DNA of 64,000 bases, taken from Octopus vulgaris. Lineage: Eukaryota. The DNA is taken from assembly GCA_951406725.2 (NCBI GenBank), contig OX597836.1:30690001-30754000 (forward strand), written 5' to 3'. Shown here piece by piece: positions 1 through 13,104 of the stretch; positions within the stretch are counted from its first letter, which is position 1, and every line of letters starts with the position of its first letter. The notes under the pieces are model-generated. The model was not told the origin of the DNA and made no database searches. It saw only the letters and a list, made by a program, of their open reading frames with translations. Made by a program: the position numbers and the translations under genes.

Positions 1-1879
1 GTTTGTTGTTGTATGCTGAAAATGCTGATGATAGTGGCAGTGAGCAAGCAGTGGTGGTGTTGCTATTATTTAGCCCCATGTCAGGCCTGGTGAAACAAAC
101 CTATGACTAACCCTTTTGTTACCATCTTTCTGTTGAAATACTCCACCTTTGTTTCAGTTAATGTTCTTTTATTAAATTATGATGAATTTAATAAAATAAC
201 TGCTGGCAGAATCATAAGCACGCTGGGCAAAATATTTAGAAGTATTTCATTCATATTTATGTTCTGAGTTCAAATTCTACTAAGGTCAACTTTGCCTTTC
301 GTCTTTTTGGAGTCGATGAAATAAGTACCAGTCAAGTACTGGGGTTGATATAATCAACTTGCACCCTCCCCTCAAAATTTGAAGCTATGTGTCTATAGTA
401 GAAAGGAATATTAAGCTGGTGTTTAGAACGTAAGTTAACAGGAAATTTTGATAGATGGTTTTAATTTAAGCCACCTTTAAACTGTAAGTTTGTATTGTAG
501 AACAAGAAGCAGTCTCAAGCAGGTTGTTATTCCATCTGTCCTGAATAAACAACTTGTACTTGTGGCGACATTCACCCTGGGCGGGTTGAGTCGGCTTCTT
601 CTATTCATGGAAGAAGTTTTGTGCGAATATGTGGATTTCACAAGCGGTCCCCAGCAATCTCACATGTGGAGACATCCTCTTTGCCGCAGATTGTCTGCAG
701 ACGCGGGGACAGAACGACCAAAGAGCTGCCGGTTGCCGAAGCAGACACTCCAAGGATTTTCACCAAAGCCCCGTCTGCCAGGTTGTGGCCTTAATACCAC
801 TCAGTGTCAGACCAATCCGCCTTGGGTGGCCCTACCAGGAACCGAAGTTCCCGACGGCATAGCTCTGACACTACCCCTTGCCAGTGTCCCCACCACAGCT
901 CAATACAACCGTTATTCTCTTATACTTTCCAGTGACCTTATGGTCAGTTGTTCAGTGAAATCATTCATACTTCATTCCTCTCCAATTTCTGTAACACATC
1001 TTCAGTTTTTGTCTGTATACTTCTTCCATATATCTCAGTACTGTTGAAACAGGCATCATACAACCGTATTGCTTTCTATTGATACCAAATGCAAAGTTTT
1101 AGTGCTAGAATGTCACCCATCCCGGACATTATTACCTCTCCTTCACATCTCTACCTTGATGTGACTCATAGCATTCCAGCAGATTGTCCACCTCATTCTG
1201 AGCTACTGTAAATACATCCGGTAAATGTAAAGCAATTATTTAATATTGTCATCCGTCAATTCTCCTACACATTACTTTCAATACCATAATGTTTTAAATT
1301 ATTCAGAATGAATGAAGCAGCTGTATCTTCAGTTTATGGGAATGGAATTTTCTTTTTCTCTCTTTCTCTCACACACACACATACACATATAGTGATAGAA
1401 TCTAAGATAATCACGAAAGTTTGATGTTACTATATTATATCAGTCACCATTATAAATGTAGTTATTCCTATTACTGTGAAAATCAGATCTATTCACTCAA
1501 AATTTCATAACCCTTGACTGCAGAAAGCAGTTTTATATACCAATCTACCTTTTGTTGAAGCATGTCATGTTTGAAACTATTTTGTCTTAAGATTTGGCAA
1601 CTTTATTGAAGCTATGTGACTTGCAGAAAATACCAGTTCTATTTTTTGGTAGATATTTAACATCATTTTTGGAATAACCATGGAATATAATTTCATAGTT
1701 TAACGGTTAAGGGACTTCCTCAAACTTGTGATCAAAGGTATTCCAACCATGACTGTCCTAATTGTGTGTGTGTGTGTGTGTGTATTTCAGTCATTGGACT
1801 GTGGCCATGCTGGGGCACTGCCTTGAAGGGTTTTGCTTTTAAACCTGCCATTTATTCTTTCGGTCTCTTGCTGAACTAT

Positions 1880-2265
1880 CTGTCTTCTTCACCCACAGTT
1901 CCTAGGAGGGCTATGGGATAGAGTCCTCAGGCACTTCATCCATAGGGTCCAATCAGAAGCAACCATCATTGCACCATAACCATCTCAATTTTGGTCTACC
2001 CTTTGGCCTCCTGCCGGTTGGCTTGGCTTGAAGAATCGTGTTTCGTAGTTCTTTCCTGTGATATTCTAATTGCATGCCTTTAGTATTGAAGATGTAACTT
2101 CTCGATGTGGAGAAGTATTGGCTCACCTGGGAAGGCTCCTTGACCTCCAAGCCATGCACCCTGTCAAGTAATGTTATTCCAGAGATCTTTCAGAGAAGCT
2201 CTATTTTGAGCGCTTACATTCACAATCATACTCCTTCGGTTATTACTCAAAATTCATGACCACAA
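1880..2265 (-). mobile_element. RTE-like LINE 3' fragment; relatives at 41190-41625(-) and 62785-63200(+)
   Basis: ILQAKPTGRRPKGRPKLRWL motif, with degraded homologous copies elsewhere in the window. Confidence 0.7.
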
Positions 2266-2418
2266 ATGATTGGAAATTGGAAAATGTTCTCATTCTTCAT
2301 ACAATTTTTCTATATTTGTTTCATTAAGATATCATCCCTTCCTTTCTTGCTAATAACTCATTTCTTGTTTTTCTTCTATTCTTTAATGGTTTGTTTTGTC
2401 TGTTTTTTAACTATTAAG

Positions 2419-2537
2419 GTTGAAAATACTATTCGGTGGAGAACTAAAAAGGATGAAAGTGGAAATGAAATGAAAGATGACAATGGTAACGTTCTTCGAG
2501 AAAGTAATGCCAGAATGGTTCGGTGGTCTGATGGCAG
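2419..2537 (+). CDS. LEO1: LEO1 (PAF1 complex subunit) internal exon; upstream exons lie outside the window
   Basis: aag|...|gtaagt. Encodes [39 protein letters not shown], matching the Leo1 domain (VENTIRWR...ESNARIVKWSDGS). 119 nt, ends in phase 2. Confidence 0.95.
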
Positions 2538-4020
2538 GTAAGTTTTTAAAAGGCATCAAATTCTACTCTGCAAAATGTGTTTGTTATAACTCCAAACTCG
2601 AATATCAAAGTTTTAAAAGGTTTTAATCGACTAAAAATACAGCAATATACAATATAAAGAAAGATTGCTAGATTGTAAGCAAAACCAAACTTCAACACAA
2701 TAACATTTTAATGCAGTGAGTTGCTACATTCTCAACTAACTAAAATCAACTCTGAACACGTCGTGCCGCAAACAGAGCAGAACTCCGTGCAGTTGCACTG
2801 CAGGCATATAACAGCAATCAAGACAACCAAAATCCCGTGATCAAAACTAATATCACAACAGTATTAAATACACACCTCTTGTGGATTTGTAACAGGCTAC
2901 ACCTTTGAATTAGGGATATAATCCATAGATAAGATCATCATCATTTAATGTCCACTTTCCATGCTGATTTGTTTGACTAACTAACCTAATAAGGTGATGC
3001 TCCAGAATGGCTGCTATCCTATGACCGAAACAAGTAAGAGTACTGGAGTGGTACTTTATTCATAAGCCTCCAAAAGGATAAAAGTCAAGCTTGACCTCAG
3101 CAGGATTTGAACTTGAGTACCTAGAGCCAAAACAAATACCACAAGTGACTTTGGAGAGATTTGGTTTCTGTTTCTAGCAGATTGAATGACCACAATATTG
3201 ATCCTAGATGAATTTGGGCGAAGCAATCTATCATCAAAAGTATTCTGTAACCATTCTGTCTTTTGGATATGAAAGGATATATCTGTGCAATCTATCCTTC
3301 TTTATCTAAAATGATGTTATGATTTGAGCTGCTATTTCTTGCAGATCAAGCGACCACATATAAGCTACTTCCTTGGCTTATTCAGTAAAACTTAGTTGAA
3401 CAAAACTATTATCAGAGGTGTTCCAAAATGGTTGGAGTGACTTGAAGCAGATTTTGGTCAGAACGAGCGACCGTGTAGAGCCCTACCTTCTTGTTGACTC
3501 ATTTTAAAAATATTTTGTCAGGAAATGACAATTCTAACATGCCATAGTCTAACAATTAGCAATATTTACAAATTTGTAGGCGGCGAACTGGCAGAAACGT
3601 TAGCACGCTGTGCGAAATGCTTAGCGGTATTTCGTCTGTCTTTACGTTCTGAGTTCAAAATCCGCCGAGGTCGACTTTGTTTTTCATCCATTCGGGGTCG
3701 ATAAATTAAGTACCAGTTGCGTACTGGGGTCGATCTAATCGACTGGTTCGCTACCCCAAAATTTCGGGCTTTGTGCCTAGAGTAGCAAAGAATATTTACA
3801 GAGTTGTGTCCCTTACATTCTTAACTCTTCAAAGAAATTAACGCGCTTACTGTCATAAAAAAAGAAAAAGGCCCGCCTTTTCAACTTTTAAGTGTATCCA
3901 AAAAAATTTCCTGCGTCTAATGCGGCTATATTACTGGTGGGAGACCGAGTGTTGTAAACCTGGGAGGCATATGAGCATAATTTGCTAGGCACAATAATTG
4001 TTGCTAGCAATAAACTATTG

Positions 4021-4192
4021 GGCGATCCTTCGGTATAGGTACCGTAAGTGGCTTTGTTTACATTTCTGAACATAACAGAAACCCTTTTCTCCCACCCATA
4101 ATCCTAACCCTAACCTCGCATATATATATATATAAAAAAATACTTTCTTGAAATGTATCTGGTACTTCTGGTACCTATGCCGAAGTTACGCC
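4021..4192. mobile_element. MITE, Merlin-type (GG-starting TIRs, 8-bp TSD)
   Basis: TIRs ggcgatccttcggtataggtacc / ggtacctatgccgaagttacgcc. Perfect TSD aactattg (4013-4020, 4193-4200). Confidence 0.8.
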
Positions 4193-4821
4193 AACTATTG
4201 AAATCAAGCTAAAATATCACAATCTGTTCGCACAAACTTAAGAAATCCCGTTTACATTAACGTTGGCACTTACGTGGAAGTCATATCCTTTTATACCTCC
4301 TTCCTCGTCACACCTAATGTATTTCTTACGTTTTTTAGTGGGTTAGTTACTTTTGAGAGACATTTGTTTATTGTCGCATTGAAAAATTCTAAAAACGTGG
4401 AAAGAATGTTAAGTTTTCATCTGCCTGTCAAGCTATTTGCAATAAGTGGATGAAGACAAACCCATAGCGGTGATGCACCACCCTGGTGACCAATCACGGT
4501 TACACAAAACCTGACAACCAGCAATACAAGTTCTACATTCTGTATGGCAATTATTATTATTATCATCATCATCATCATCGTTTTCCATGCTAGCATGTGT
4601 TGGACGTTTTGACCAACTATATTAGGTAATATAGTTCTGGCATGCAAAATGCCAGATTAAGTACTTAAATAAATATACAAAACCTCAAATTTTGGGGTTA
4701 AAGTATCATCAATTATATCGATCCAGAACTTAATTAGTATCATATTTTAGAATTGAATCCAAAATATATTTACTCTTTATATTCCATTAACAACCAATCT
4801 TCCATTGTTATGTTATTTCAG

Positions 4822-4956
4822 CATTTCTCTTCACTTGGGCAGTGAAATATTTGATGTCCACCCAATGTTGCTTCAGGGAGATTACAACCACTTGTTTGTC
4901 CGCCAGGGTACTGGTCTTCAAGGACAATCGATATTCAAAACCAAACTGACATTCAG
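4822..4956 (+). CDS. LEO1: LEO1 exon
   Basis: tttcag|...|gtaaat. Encodes (S)[44 protein letters not shown](R). Phase compatible with both neighbours. Confidence 0.95.
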
Positions 4957-5284
4957 GTAAATAATGTGTGTGTGTGTGTGTATACCTGTAATAGTTAGAG
5001 TTGATTACCTTTCCATTATTTTGAGTTTGTTACGGAAGAGGCAATCATTAGCTTGCACATCGGCAAAGAAATGCTTTCAACACTATTGGATTTATCATTG
5101 GTGTCCTATGATGCAAGACGGCATGTTGTAAATTTCTGGTTGTCTCCAGAGCATTGGTATTATTAAAGACCTAAGAATTTTTATAATGTCAATAGCTTTA
5201 TATTTAATTACTTTTTCTTAAAAATGTGCAGAAAACACATTTTATTATTAATGAATCTCTCTCTCTCCTTTTCTCTGTCTCCAG

Positions 5285-5420
5285 ACCTCATTCCACAGAA
5301 TCATTCACCCACAGAAAGATGACAATGTCTATAGCAGATAGGTCAACCAAAACACAGAAGGTGAAGGTGATTCCGATTGCTGGACATGATCCAGATGCTC
5401 ATCGTGAAGAAATGATTAAG
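5285..5420 (+). CDS. LEO1: LEO1 exon
   Basis: ctccag|...|gtatcg. Encodes [45 protein letters not shown]. Confidence 0.95.
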
Positions 5421-5989
5421 GTATCGTTCTTATTCTTTTCTCTTGTTACTGCTTTCAGCCATTGGACTGCGGCCATGCTGGGGGTATGACCTTCCAAAAT
5501 TCTCAGATTTGGCCATTTATTTATTAACCCCACCATCACCACCAACCAGTAATTTCCCTGATACATATTTTATCAACCTCTGATGTAGGGAAAGGCAAAC
5601 TTGACATGGGATGCAGGGATGCAATTTGAACTCAAAACACAAGGCATGTAACCTAACACCACCAGGCATTTTGCTGAACACTCCACTGATTCTACCCAAT
5701 ATCACCCATATATGTATATCTGTGTATATATATGTGTGTGTGTTTTTATTTATATATATATAGCACTCCATTGGTTACAACCACAAGAGTTCCAGTTGAT
5801 CGGATCAACAGAACAGCCTGAATAAAGTTATCTCGCTCTCTCTCTCTCCTTTTTATTCTGAGTTTCTGCTCAGTACCACTACCTCCCAGCACTTGAATGC
5901 TTTCCATAAAATATACTCTGTTGCAACCAGTGAGAGTATATTTCTATTTGTTGACACCATCCACCTTTCTATCTATCTATCCGCTCAGT

Positions 5990-6322
5990 CGAAGTCAACT
6001 CTCGGTTACTCGATGGATCAGTGTCCTCCAGTCAGTTCTATCCTGGGCCGCTTCTTTCAGATTGGCTATGTCCATTCCAGTATCACTCTTGATGGTGTCA
6101 AGCCAGCGGGTTCTTGGTCGGCCTCTTCCTCTCTTGCCACTGACCATTCCGAACATGATATCCTTCTCCAGGGATTTTCTCCTCATAATATGACCAAAAT
6201 ATGCCAATCTATGCTTGGTGATCCTAGCTTCTAGCGACATTTTCGGCCTGATCTGCTTAAGAACTTCTCCATTGGTGAGCCTCGCTGTCCATGGAATCCG
6301 TAAAAGTCTTCTCCAACACCAC
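5990..6322 (-). mobile_element. RTE-clade LINE 3' fragment
   Basis: RLAYFGHIMRRKSLEKDIMFGMVSGKRGRGRPRTRWLD is the typical RTE/BovB C-terminus. Confidence 0.85.
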
Positions 6323-6469
6323 CTTTACTACCTACAAATATCACATGTGCTGCAAAATGGTCATGAATACCACCCCTTCCTCCTCTGAATAAACCATAAA
6401 ATACATAACACTAATTTTGAATTCTAAACTATTTATTCATTTATTTATTTATTTATTATATTATTGTAG

Positions 6470-6653
6470 AAAGAAGAAGAACGCTTGCGTGCTTCTATTC
6501 GCCGTGAAAGTCAGCAACGCCGAATCCGAGAAAAGGCTCACGTGCGAGGTATGAATTCCTCCTATATTGAGGGAGATGATGACGACGATGATGATGAAGC
6601 TGCTATTTCTCTGTCTGCTATCAAGAAAAACTACAAACCAGGGACAAAAAGAG
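6470..6653 (+). CDS. LEO1: LEO1 exon
   Basis: ttgtag|...|gtaatg. Encodes [22 protein letters not shown]...[16 protein letters not shown], a conserved LEO1 segment. Confidence 0.95.
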
Positions 6654-6924
6654 GTAATGTTGTTGATTGTTCTTATAGCTTTTATTAGGGCTTGGAGAGA
6701 TTTTTTTTTTTCGCCTCATTGATGACTCTCACTTAGATCTTCTTCTACAGGTTCCATGCACATTAAACAAATGGCACTTTTTTATACTGCTGTCCTCATC
6801 CTTACATATCACATGTCCATACCAGTGTAGTCTTCTTTCTTGAACACAGCATCTGATTCCTCTTATACCTAGCTTTTCACTCAGCCCTTTTGTACTAATT
6901 ATTTCAAACCACTAAAAGATTCAA

Positions 6925-7148
6925 GTGAGGTCGTTGCCAGTACTACCTGACCGGCCCCGTGCTGGTGGCACATAAAAGCACCCACTACACTCTCGGAGTG
7001 GTTGGCGTTAGGAAGGGCATCCAGCTGTAGAAACTCTGCCAGATCAAGATTGAAGCCTGGTGCAGCCATCTGGTTCGCCAGCCCTCAGTCATTCATCCAA
7101 CCCATGCTAGCATGGAAAGTGGACGTTAAACGATGATGATGATGATAA
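6925..7148 (+). mobile_element. SINE family C with (GAT)n tail; copies about 29760-29912, 30982-31259, 34158-34450, 53200-53520, 57960-58237
   Basis: Shared ggttggcgttaggaagggcatccagc core and ccaacccatgctagcatggaaag..ggacgttaaacgatgatgat tail. Confidence 0.85.
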
Positions 7149-7149
7149 A

Positions 7150-7380
7150 GGCGGCGAGCTGGCAGAACCGTTAGCACACCGGACGAAATGCGTAGCCGTA
7201 TTTCGTCTGCCGTTACGTTCTGAGTTCAAATTCCGCCGAGGTCTACTTAACCTTTCATCCTTCCGGGGTCGATAAATTAAGTACCAGTTACGCACTGGGG
7301 TCGATATAATCGACTTGATCCGTTTGTCTGTCCTTGTTTGTCCCCTCTGTGTTTAGCCCCTTGTGGGTAGTAAAGAAATA
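7150..7380 (+). mobile_element. SINE family B (ggcggcgagctggcaga head); other copies about 200-410, 3578-3795, 27055-27483, 35105-35806, 40723-41105, 56458-56862, 59505-59710, 63908-64000
   Basis: tRNA-like head with gagttcaaattc B-box and a conserved core gcctttcatcctttcggggtcgataaattaagtacca. More than 10 copies in the window. Confidence 0.85.
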
Positions 7381-7504
7381 GATGATGATGATGATGATGA
7401 TGATGACATACTAATTCAATGTTTCAGGAAGTTCATTCAAGTTTCTTCATAAAGATTTTGCATCCAGCACATTTGTGATATATTCCTTTTGTCTCTATTT
7501 CTAG

Positions 7505-7611
7505 ATCGTGGCAATATATATTCATCGGACAGTGATGATGACTATGACTCAGAAAAGGAAGAAAAGCAGGCAAAGAGATTAATGAAAGCAAAGAAACTTG
7601 ACAGTGAGGAT
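7505..7611 (+). CDS. LEO1: LEO1 exon
   Basis: ttctag|...|gtaagt. Encodes (D)RGNIYSSDSDDDYDSEKEEKQAKRLMKAKKLDSED (compare IYSSDSDE...RLLKAKKL). Confidence 0.93.
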
Positions 7612-7639
7612 GTAAGTATACTACTGAATGTCTCTTTAA

Positions 7640-7859
7640 CCCTTTCGTTACCAACCCAGCTGAAACCGGCTCTGGCTCTGAGTACAAAAGTTTTGTTTTC
7701 ATAAGTTCTGAATTAAAATCTCCCACCAAACCCTAGTCACAATTTATGTTCCTAACACTAGCTTAATGATAACTAAGTTATTTTACTAAATTCTTTGTTA
7801 TATTTAAAGTAATTGAAAGAAATACAGAGCATCTCAAAATAAATACAGCAACGAAAGGG
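7640..7859. mobile_element. piggyBac-type MITE (TTAA target), copy 1
   Basis: TTAA|ccctttcgtta...caacgaaaggg|TTGA. Homologous copy at 29095-29314. Confidence 0.75.
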
Positions 7860-8847
7860 TTGAATTAAGGCAGCAAGCTGGCAGAATCGTCAGCATACTG
7901 GACAAAATGCTTAGAGGCATTTCTTCTGGTTTTATTTTCTGAATTCATATTCCACCAAGGTGGACTTTTCCTTTCGTTCTTTTGAGGTCGATAAGATAAG
8001 TACCAGTTGAGTACTGGAATCAATGACCTCCTTCGCCAAAATTTCAGGTCTTGTTAAAAAAGAAAGGAAAAAGCAAAATATGTCTTTATATCATTGTTTT
8101 ATTAACATTGTGAGTATCTAGAACTATATAATTCAGTGGGTCGGTTTTCACTCTTCAAGATAGTAGGGTGTGATTTGAGTAAGGTTTGGCTACTATTTCT
8201 AACAGGTGGAGTAACTCTTTAGGGGCTGTCCCATTGACTCAAACCTTATTCCAATTGGTTTCAAATTTTGACACAAGGCCTGCAATCTTTGGTGGGGCAA
8301 GTCGATTACATCGACCCCAGAGCTCAACTGGTACTTATTTTATCAACGCCTAAAAGATGAAAGGCAAAGTCAACCTCAGCGGAATTTGGACTCTCAATGT
8401 AAAGATGGATGAAATGCTGCTAAGCATTTGGTGTGGTGTGCTAACGATTCTGCCAGCTTGCCACCCTATTCATGTTGAGTTTTCATGTAAGGTGGTTGAG
8501 GGCTCACATTTCTAACTTCCAAATATGCAAATAAGTTATCTGGGCCATCAAGGAAACCTCTCTTGCAAACTGCCTACTCACCCACTTCTGCCTAAAGACA
8601 GCGGCCAAATTTTTCTCTTAAACCAGTTGTTAAAAAGGATGGAAGCATAGGATATTATAGTCCTGGATTCACCATGCCTTAAAAAATAATAAAATGGTCA
8701 CAACTTAGGCGCAGGCATGGCTCAGTGGTTAAGACGCTTATTTTGCAACCATATTTCCAGTTCATTCCTATTGCACACCACTTTGCTTAAGTGTCTCACG
8801 TGGACTATAACAGCCCATCCAACCTGTGATGACATACTATATATATA

Positions 8848-9018
8848 GGCACAGGAGTGGCTGTGTGGTAAGTAGCCTGCTTACCAACCACATGGTTCCG
8901 GGTTCAGTCCCACTGCGTGACACCTTGGGCAAGTGCCTTCTACTATAGCCTCGGGCCGACCAAAGCCTTGTGAGTGGATTTGGTAGACAGAAACAGAAAG
9001 AAGCCCATCATATATATG

Positions 9019-9051
<33 letters not shown>

Positions 9052-9244
9052 TTGTCCCCCCCCCCCCAACATCGCTTGACAACCGATGCTGGCATGTTTA
9101 TGTCCCCGTAACATAGCGGTTCAGCAAAAGAGACCGATAGAATAAGTACTGGGCTTACAAAGAATAAGTCCTGGGGTTGATTTCCCGAACTAAAGGCGGT
9201 GCTCCAGCATGGCTGCAGTCAAGTGACTGAAACGAGTAAAAGAG
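8848..9244 (+). mobile_element. tRNA-derived SINE family A, full length; other copies 12196-12623(+), 15821-16207(+), 22461-22900(+), 37005-37362(+), 15035-15455(-), 50395-50745(-), 60563-60971(-)
   Basis: A/B-box-like head (tggctgtgtggtaag...ggttcagtccc), ccttgggcaagt core, central (TA)n(TG)n and taaaagag tail. The copy at 15821 has TSD tataata. Confidence 0.85.
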
Positions 9245-9436
9245 ATATACTACACATACTATATTATAAATTTATTAACATTCCAACTGATTTCTGTGCT
9301 GGCATGGACTGGACCATGCTAGCATGGAAAACGATCATTAAATGTTGATGAGGATGATGATGAGAAGAAATAATAATAATATTCCAGTATATAATTATTT
9401 ATGGTTTTTTTTTTCCTTTCAATTTCTTTTCTACAG

Positions 9437-9634
9437 GAGTCTGGCTCTGATTCTGCTCCAAAGAAGAAGAAAGCCCGTATTGTCGAGAGTGAAGATGAAG
9501 ACAATAACGATGCCGGTAGTGGCAGTGGTAGCGGTAGCGCTAACGAGGCAAGTGCTAACGAAGCGAGCGGCAACGAAGACAACAATGAAGAAAATGCTAC
9601 AAACAACAATGCTGACGAGGAGGACTCCTCTTAG
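9437..9634 (+). CDS. LEO1: LEO1 last coding exon
   Basis: ctacag| acceptor, phase 0. Encodes ESGSDSAPKKKKARIVESEDED... acidic tail, TAG at 9632-9634. Confidence 0.88.
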   Translation, partial: ESGSDSAPKKKKARIVESEDEDNNDAGSGSGSGSANEASANEASGNEDNNEENATNNNADEEDSS

Positions 9635-11508
9635 AGTTAGAGTTAGGGTTAAAGGGTTAACAGGTTAGCGGGTTTGGGATTTGGTTTAGCCTCTGTAAAC
9701 ACCTATGTGTTGTAGTAGCCCTTGTATGAATTCACTCCCATATAAAAATTAAAAAAAGGACAACTTCAGGGTTTCGTATTTGCAGAAAACTCTCTCATTC
9801 ACTTTCCCCTGTATTTATTTATTTAGTGTTGCCTTTATGACTAAAATGAATTACTTTAATAATGGTAGTCCCTTAAACGAATTAGGTGGTGCCTTGAATT
9901 CCCTTTCATTTCATCTGTAAAAAACCCAAAAGCCTATTAAGCCTTGTAAATATTTCATCAGTTCAACCCTTATAAATTTGTTTATTGTTTTTCTTTTTTT
10001 TTATTTTTTTTTTTAAAACCTTTTATTACTTTCCTCATCATAACACATAATCTTCTTCATCATTTTTTGCTCCGTTTCTCATTCTCATCTCTCTATTCCT
10101 GTTACATCTGAACAAAGAAGTGATAAACAACACTGAGCCGGATACAGTGGAATATGTTGGGAAAAGAAATTTGACCAAAAAAAAAAGACTGAAAAAAAAG
10201 GAGAATTTCAAAATATGTTTACATCAAGAATTTATAAAACTTTTGAGAGAATATGAAATGATTCTTTTTTATTACATAATTCTACAATCGTAGAATTGGT
10301 TAATAATACAAAGTGCTCACATCATCCTTCTTGCTAATGTTTATGTAAATTCTACAGATATTTTCAGATATATCATTTCTGTTTTATACTTGTATCTGTT
10401 TGCTGTTAACCGTAGATGAGCTTAACATATCAAACTTCATGGTTAAAACCCAAATGGAATTGATATATGTATGTATAGGTATATATGTGTGTGTGTGTAT
10501 GCATACATACATATATATATATAAATGGATGAATGAATTATCCTTTGTATACCGTTAACATGGACAATTCAATAAACAGTTACCAGAGTAGCAAAATTCA
10601 TGCAAGTAACGAGGATATAGCGACCTATTCATAGGTAGAAACTCTGGGTTAATGTGCAGTAATTTGTGTAGTATAAGTAAATAAATGGAGTTGAACGCAG
10701 ATGTCGAAAGTAAAAGAATTTGAATAGCAACTGCGTTCAACTCCATTTATTTACTTATATATATATATATAGATAGATAGATACAGATGTAGGTAGGTAG
10801 GTAGGAAGATAGATAGATAGAAAGAATTTACTATTCCATTATTGTTGGGATCAAAATAGTACTCCATCCAGTGAGAGATATTATTTTATATACATAGTAT
10901 TTAAATATGAGCTGCTGTTAGTTTCATGCTATGAAAATACAATAAACTGAAAAGCCTGTATTGCATGGCTTGTGTTTTCAAGCAAGCTTTCAGACTCAGA
11001 TACATAACATAGCTGGCTATTTTTGCAAAAATGAGGAAGGACACTGACAATAGGATAGAAATAGATTTATATATGTATACAATGTATATGTAGGTTTATA
11101 TATGTGTTAGTGTACATGTGTATCTATATATAAATATAATATATATATAATAATTATTATTTGAGGGAATATAAATCCAAACTTACAGGGAAAAAAAATT
11201 CAATTTAGAAATACTAAATCAAATTTCACACAATATATATATATATATATATATATAAATATTTTAGAAGAAAACCACCTTTTATCAATTCAAAATGAAC
11301 AATTAAATTACATATCTAGAAATTATTATAATAGAAATATTAAAATATCAATGATTAAGTAAATTGCAAAAAAAATATTTATATGTTTTTATTATTTTTT
11401 TGCAATTTACTTAATCATTGATATTTTATTGTTATTTTAATTTTAATATTTCTATTATATGTAATTTAATAGTTCATTTTGAATTGATAAAAGGTGGGAT
11501 TTTTTCTA

Positions 11509-11547
<39 letters not shown>

Positions 11548-12195
11548 GTGAATGTATATATTATAATAAATACTATTAAATAACTTATTTATACTCAAAT
11601 AAATATAAATACTATTAAGTTCTTTTATTATTTGTGATATACAAATGTTGATGAACAGTGATCAATAAACGTAGAAGAATATATTTGTCCAACACTTATA
11701 TTTTACTTTGTTGCTACTCTGAGTTTTTTAAGTGATAAAAATGACTAGGGTGAGATTAATCGACAACTTTGAAGATAGGGAGGGTACCCAGCCATAGAAG
11801 CCATGCCAAAACAGACAATTGGGGCCTGGTGTAGGTCTCGGGTTTGCCAGCTCCTGTCAAACTGTCCAACCCATGCCAGCATGGAAAACGGGCGTTAAAT
11901 GATGATGATATATATTATGACATGTGTGTAAGATAATTGTAATATTAATATATATCTTAATACTGTATTTTCCAACATACAAGTCAATGTTGTATACAGT
12001 ATAAAAATGTATAAACATTCAAACATCATCACTATCTTTCTAAATCCTGTTGCGTTCCTCCAAGGACATCTTGGTGTATAAGTTGAACTACCTTATTTTT
12101 GGCTGTACTTCAGTCTGAAAAATCTGACTTGTATGCTGGACAATGCAGTAGTAAGATTTATCTCTGAGGTTAATTCAGAATTCAATAACAACATA

Positions 12196-12364
12196 GGCGC
12201 AGGAATGGCTGTGTAGTAAGTAGCTTTCTAACCAACCACATGGTTCCGGGTTCAGTCCCACTGCGTGGCATCTTGGGCAAGTGTCTTCTGCTATAGCCCC
12301 GGGCCGACCAATGCCTTGTGAGTGGATTTGGTAGACGGAAACTGAAAGAAGCCTGTCGTATATA

Positions 12365-12403
<39 letters not shown>

Positions 12404-12623
12404 GTTTGTGTGTCTGTGTTTGTCCCCTAGCATTGCTTGACAACCGATGCTGGTGTGTTTACGTCCCCCATCACTTAGCGGTTCGGCAAAAAGAGACCGA
12501 TAGAATAAGTACTGGGCTTACAAAAAGAACAAGTCCCGGGGTCGAGTTGCTCGACTAAAGGCTGTGCTCCAGCATGGCCACAGTCAAATGACTGAAACAA
12601 GTAAAAGAGAAAGAGAAAAGAGA
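12196..12623 (+). mobile_element. SINE family A copy
   Basis: Collinear with 8848-9244. Confidence 0.85.
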
Positions 12624-13104
12624 ATACGAAGTAGAGGAACTGAAAGAAAAGTCAAAATATTTCTCAACATTATATCTATCATTGTTGTTCTACTTTAAAT
12701 GACATCTGCTTGTGTTGCATCGCTTTGTTGATGTCAGATTGTAACGATCTTAAAATGAAGAATATATTCTAGCAAAAGAACCTCTATCATCATTCGTTTG
12801 ATATTTAAGGGGAAAGAAAAATAAACAAAATATTAGTTTTGTCTTGAAGGTGTTTTAGCTATTCTGTATTATGGGACTCCAATACTTCTCCATTCATTTT
12901 GATAAAGTCTTTTGCTAGAACATCATATATATATACACACATACATACAGGTACAATACTAAGTTTCTGGACACTGATGTACCAGAACCTCTTGTAATCC
13001 ACGCTAATCTACAAGCAGGTACTTCAAATTTCCACAGACGCTGGACTAGTTTGTTGACTAGTATCTTGTACAGTACAGTATAAATATACTTGTATGATTT
13101 ATAC

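Noticed and set aside
490-1047. 185-aa ORF in a LEO1 intron
   Set aside because: Non-ATG start and no recognisable domain; it runs antisense across a probable retroelement 5' fragment.
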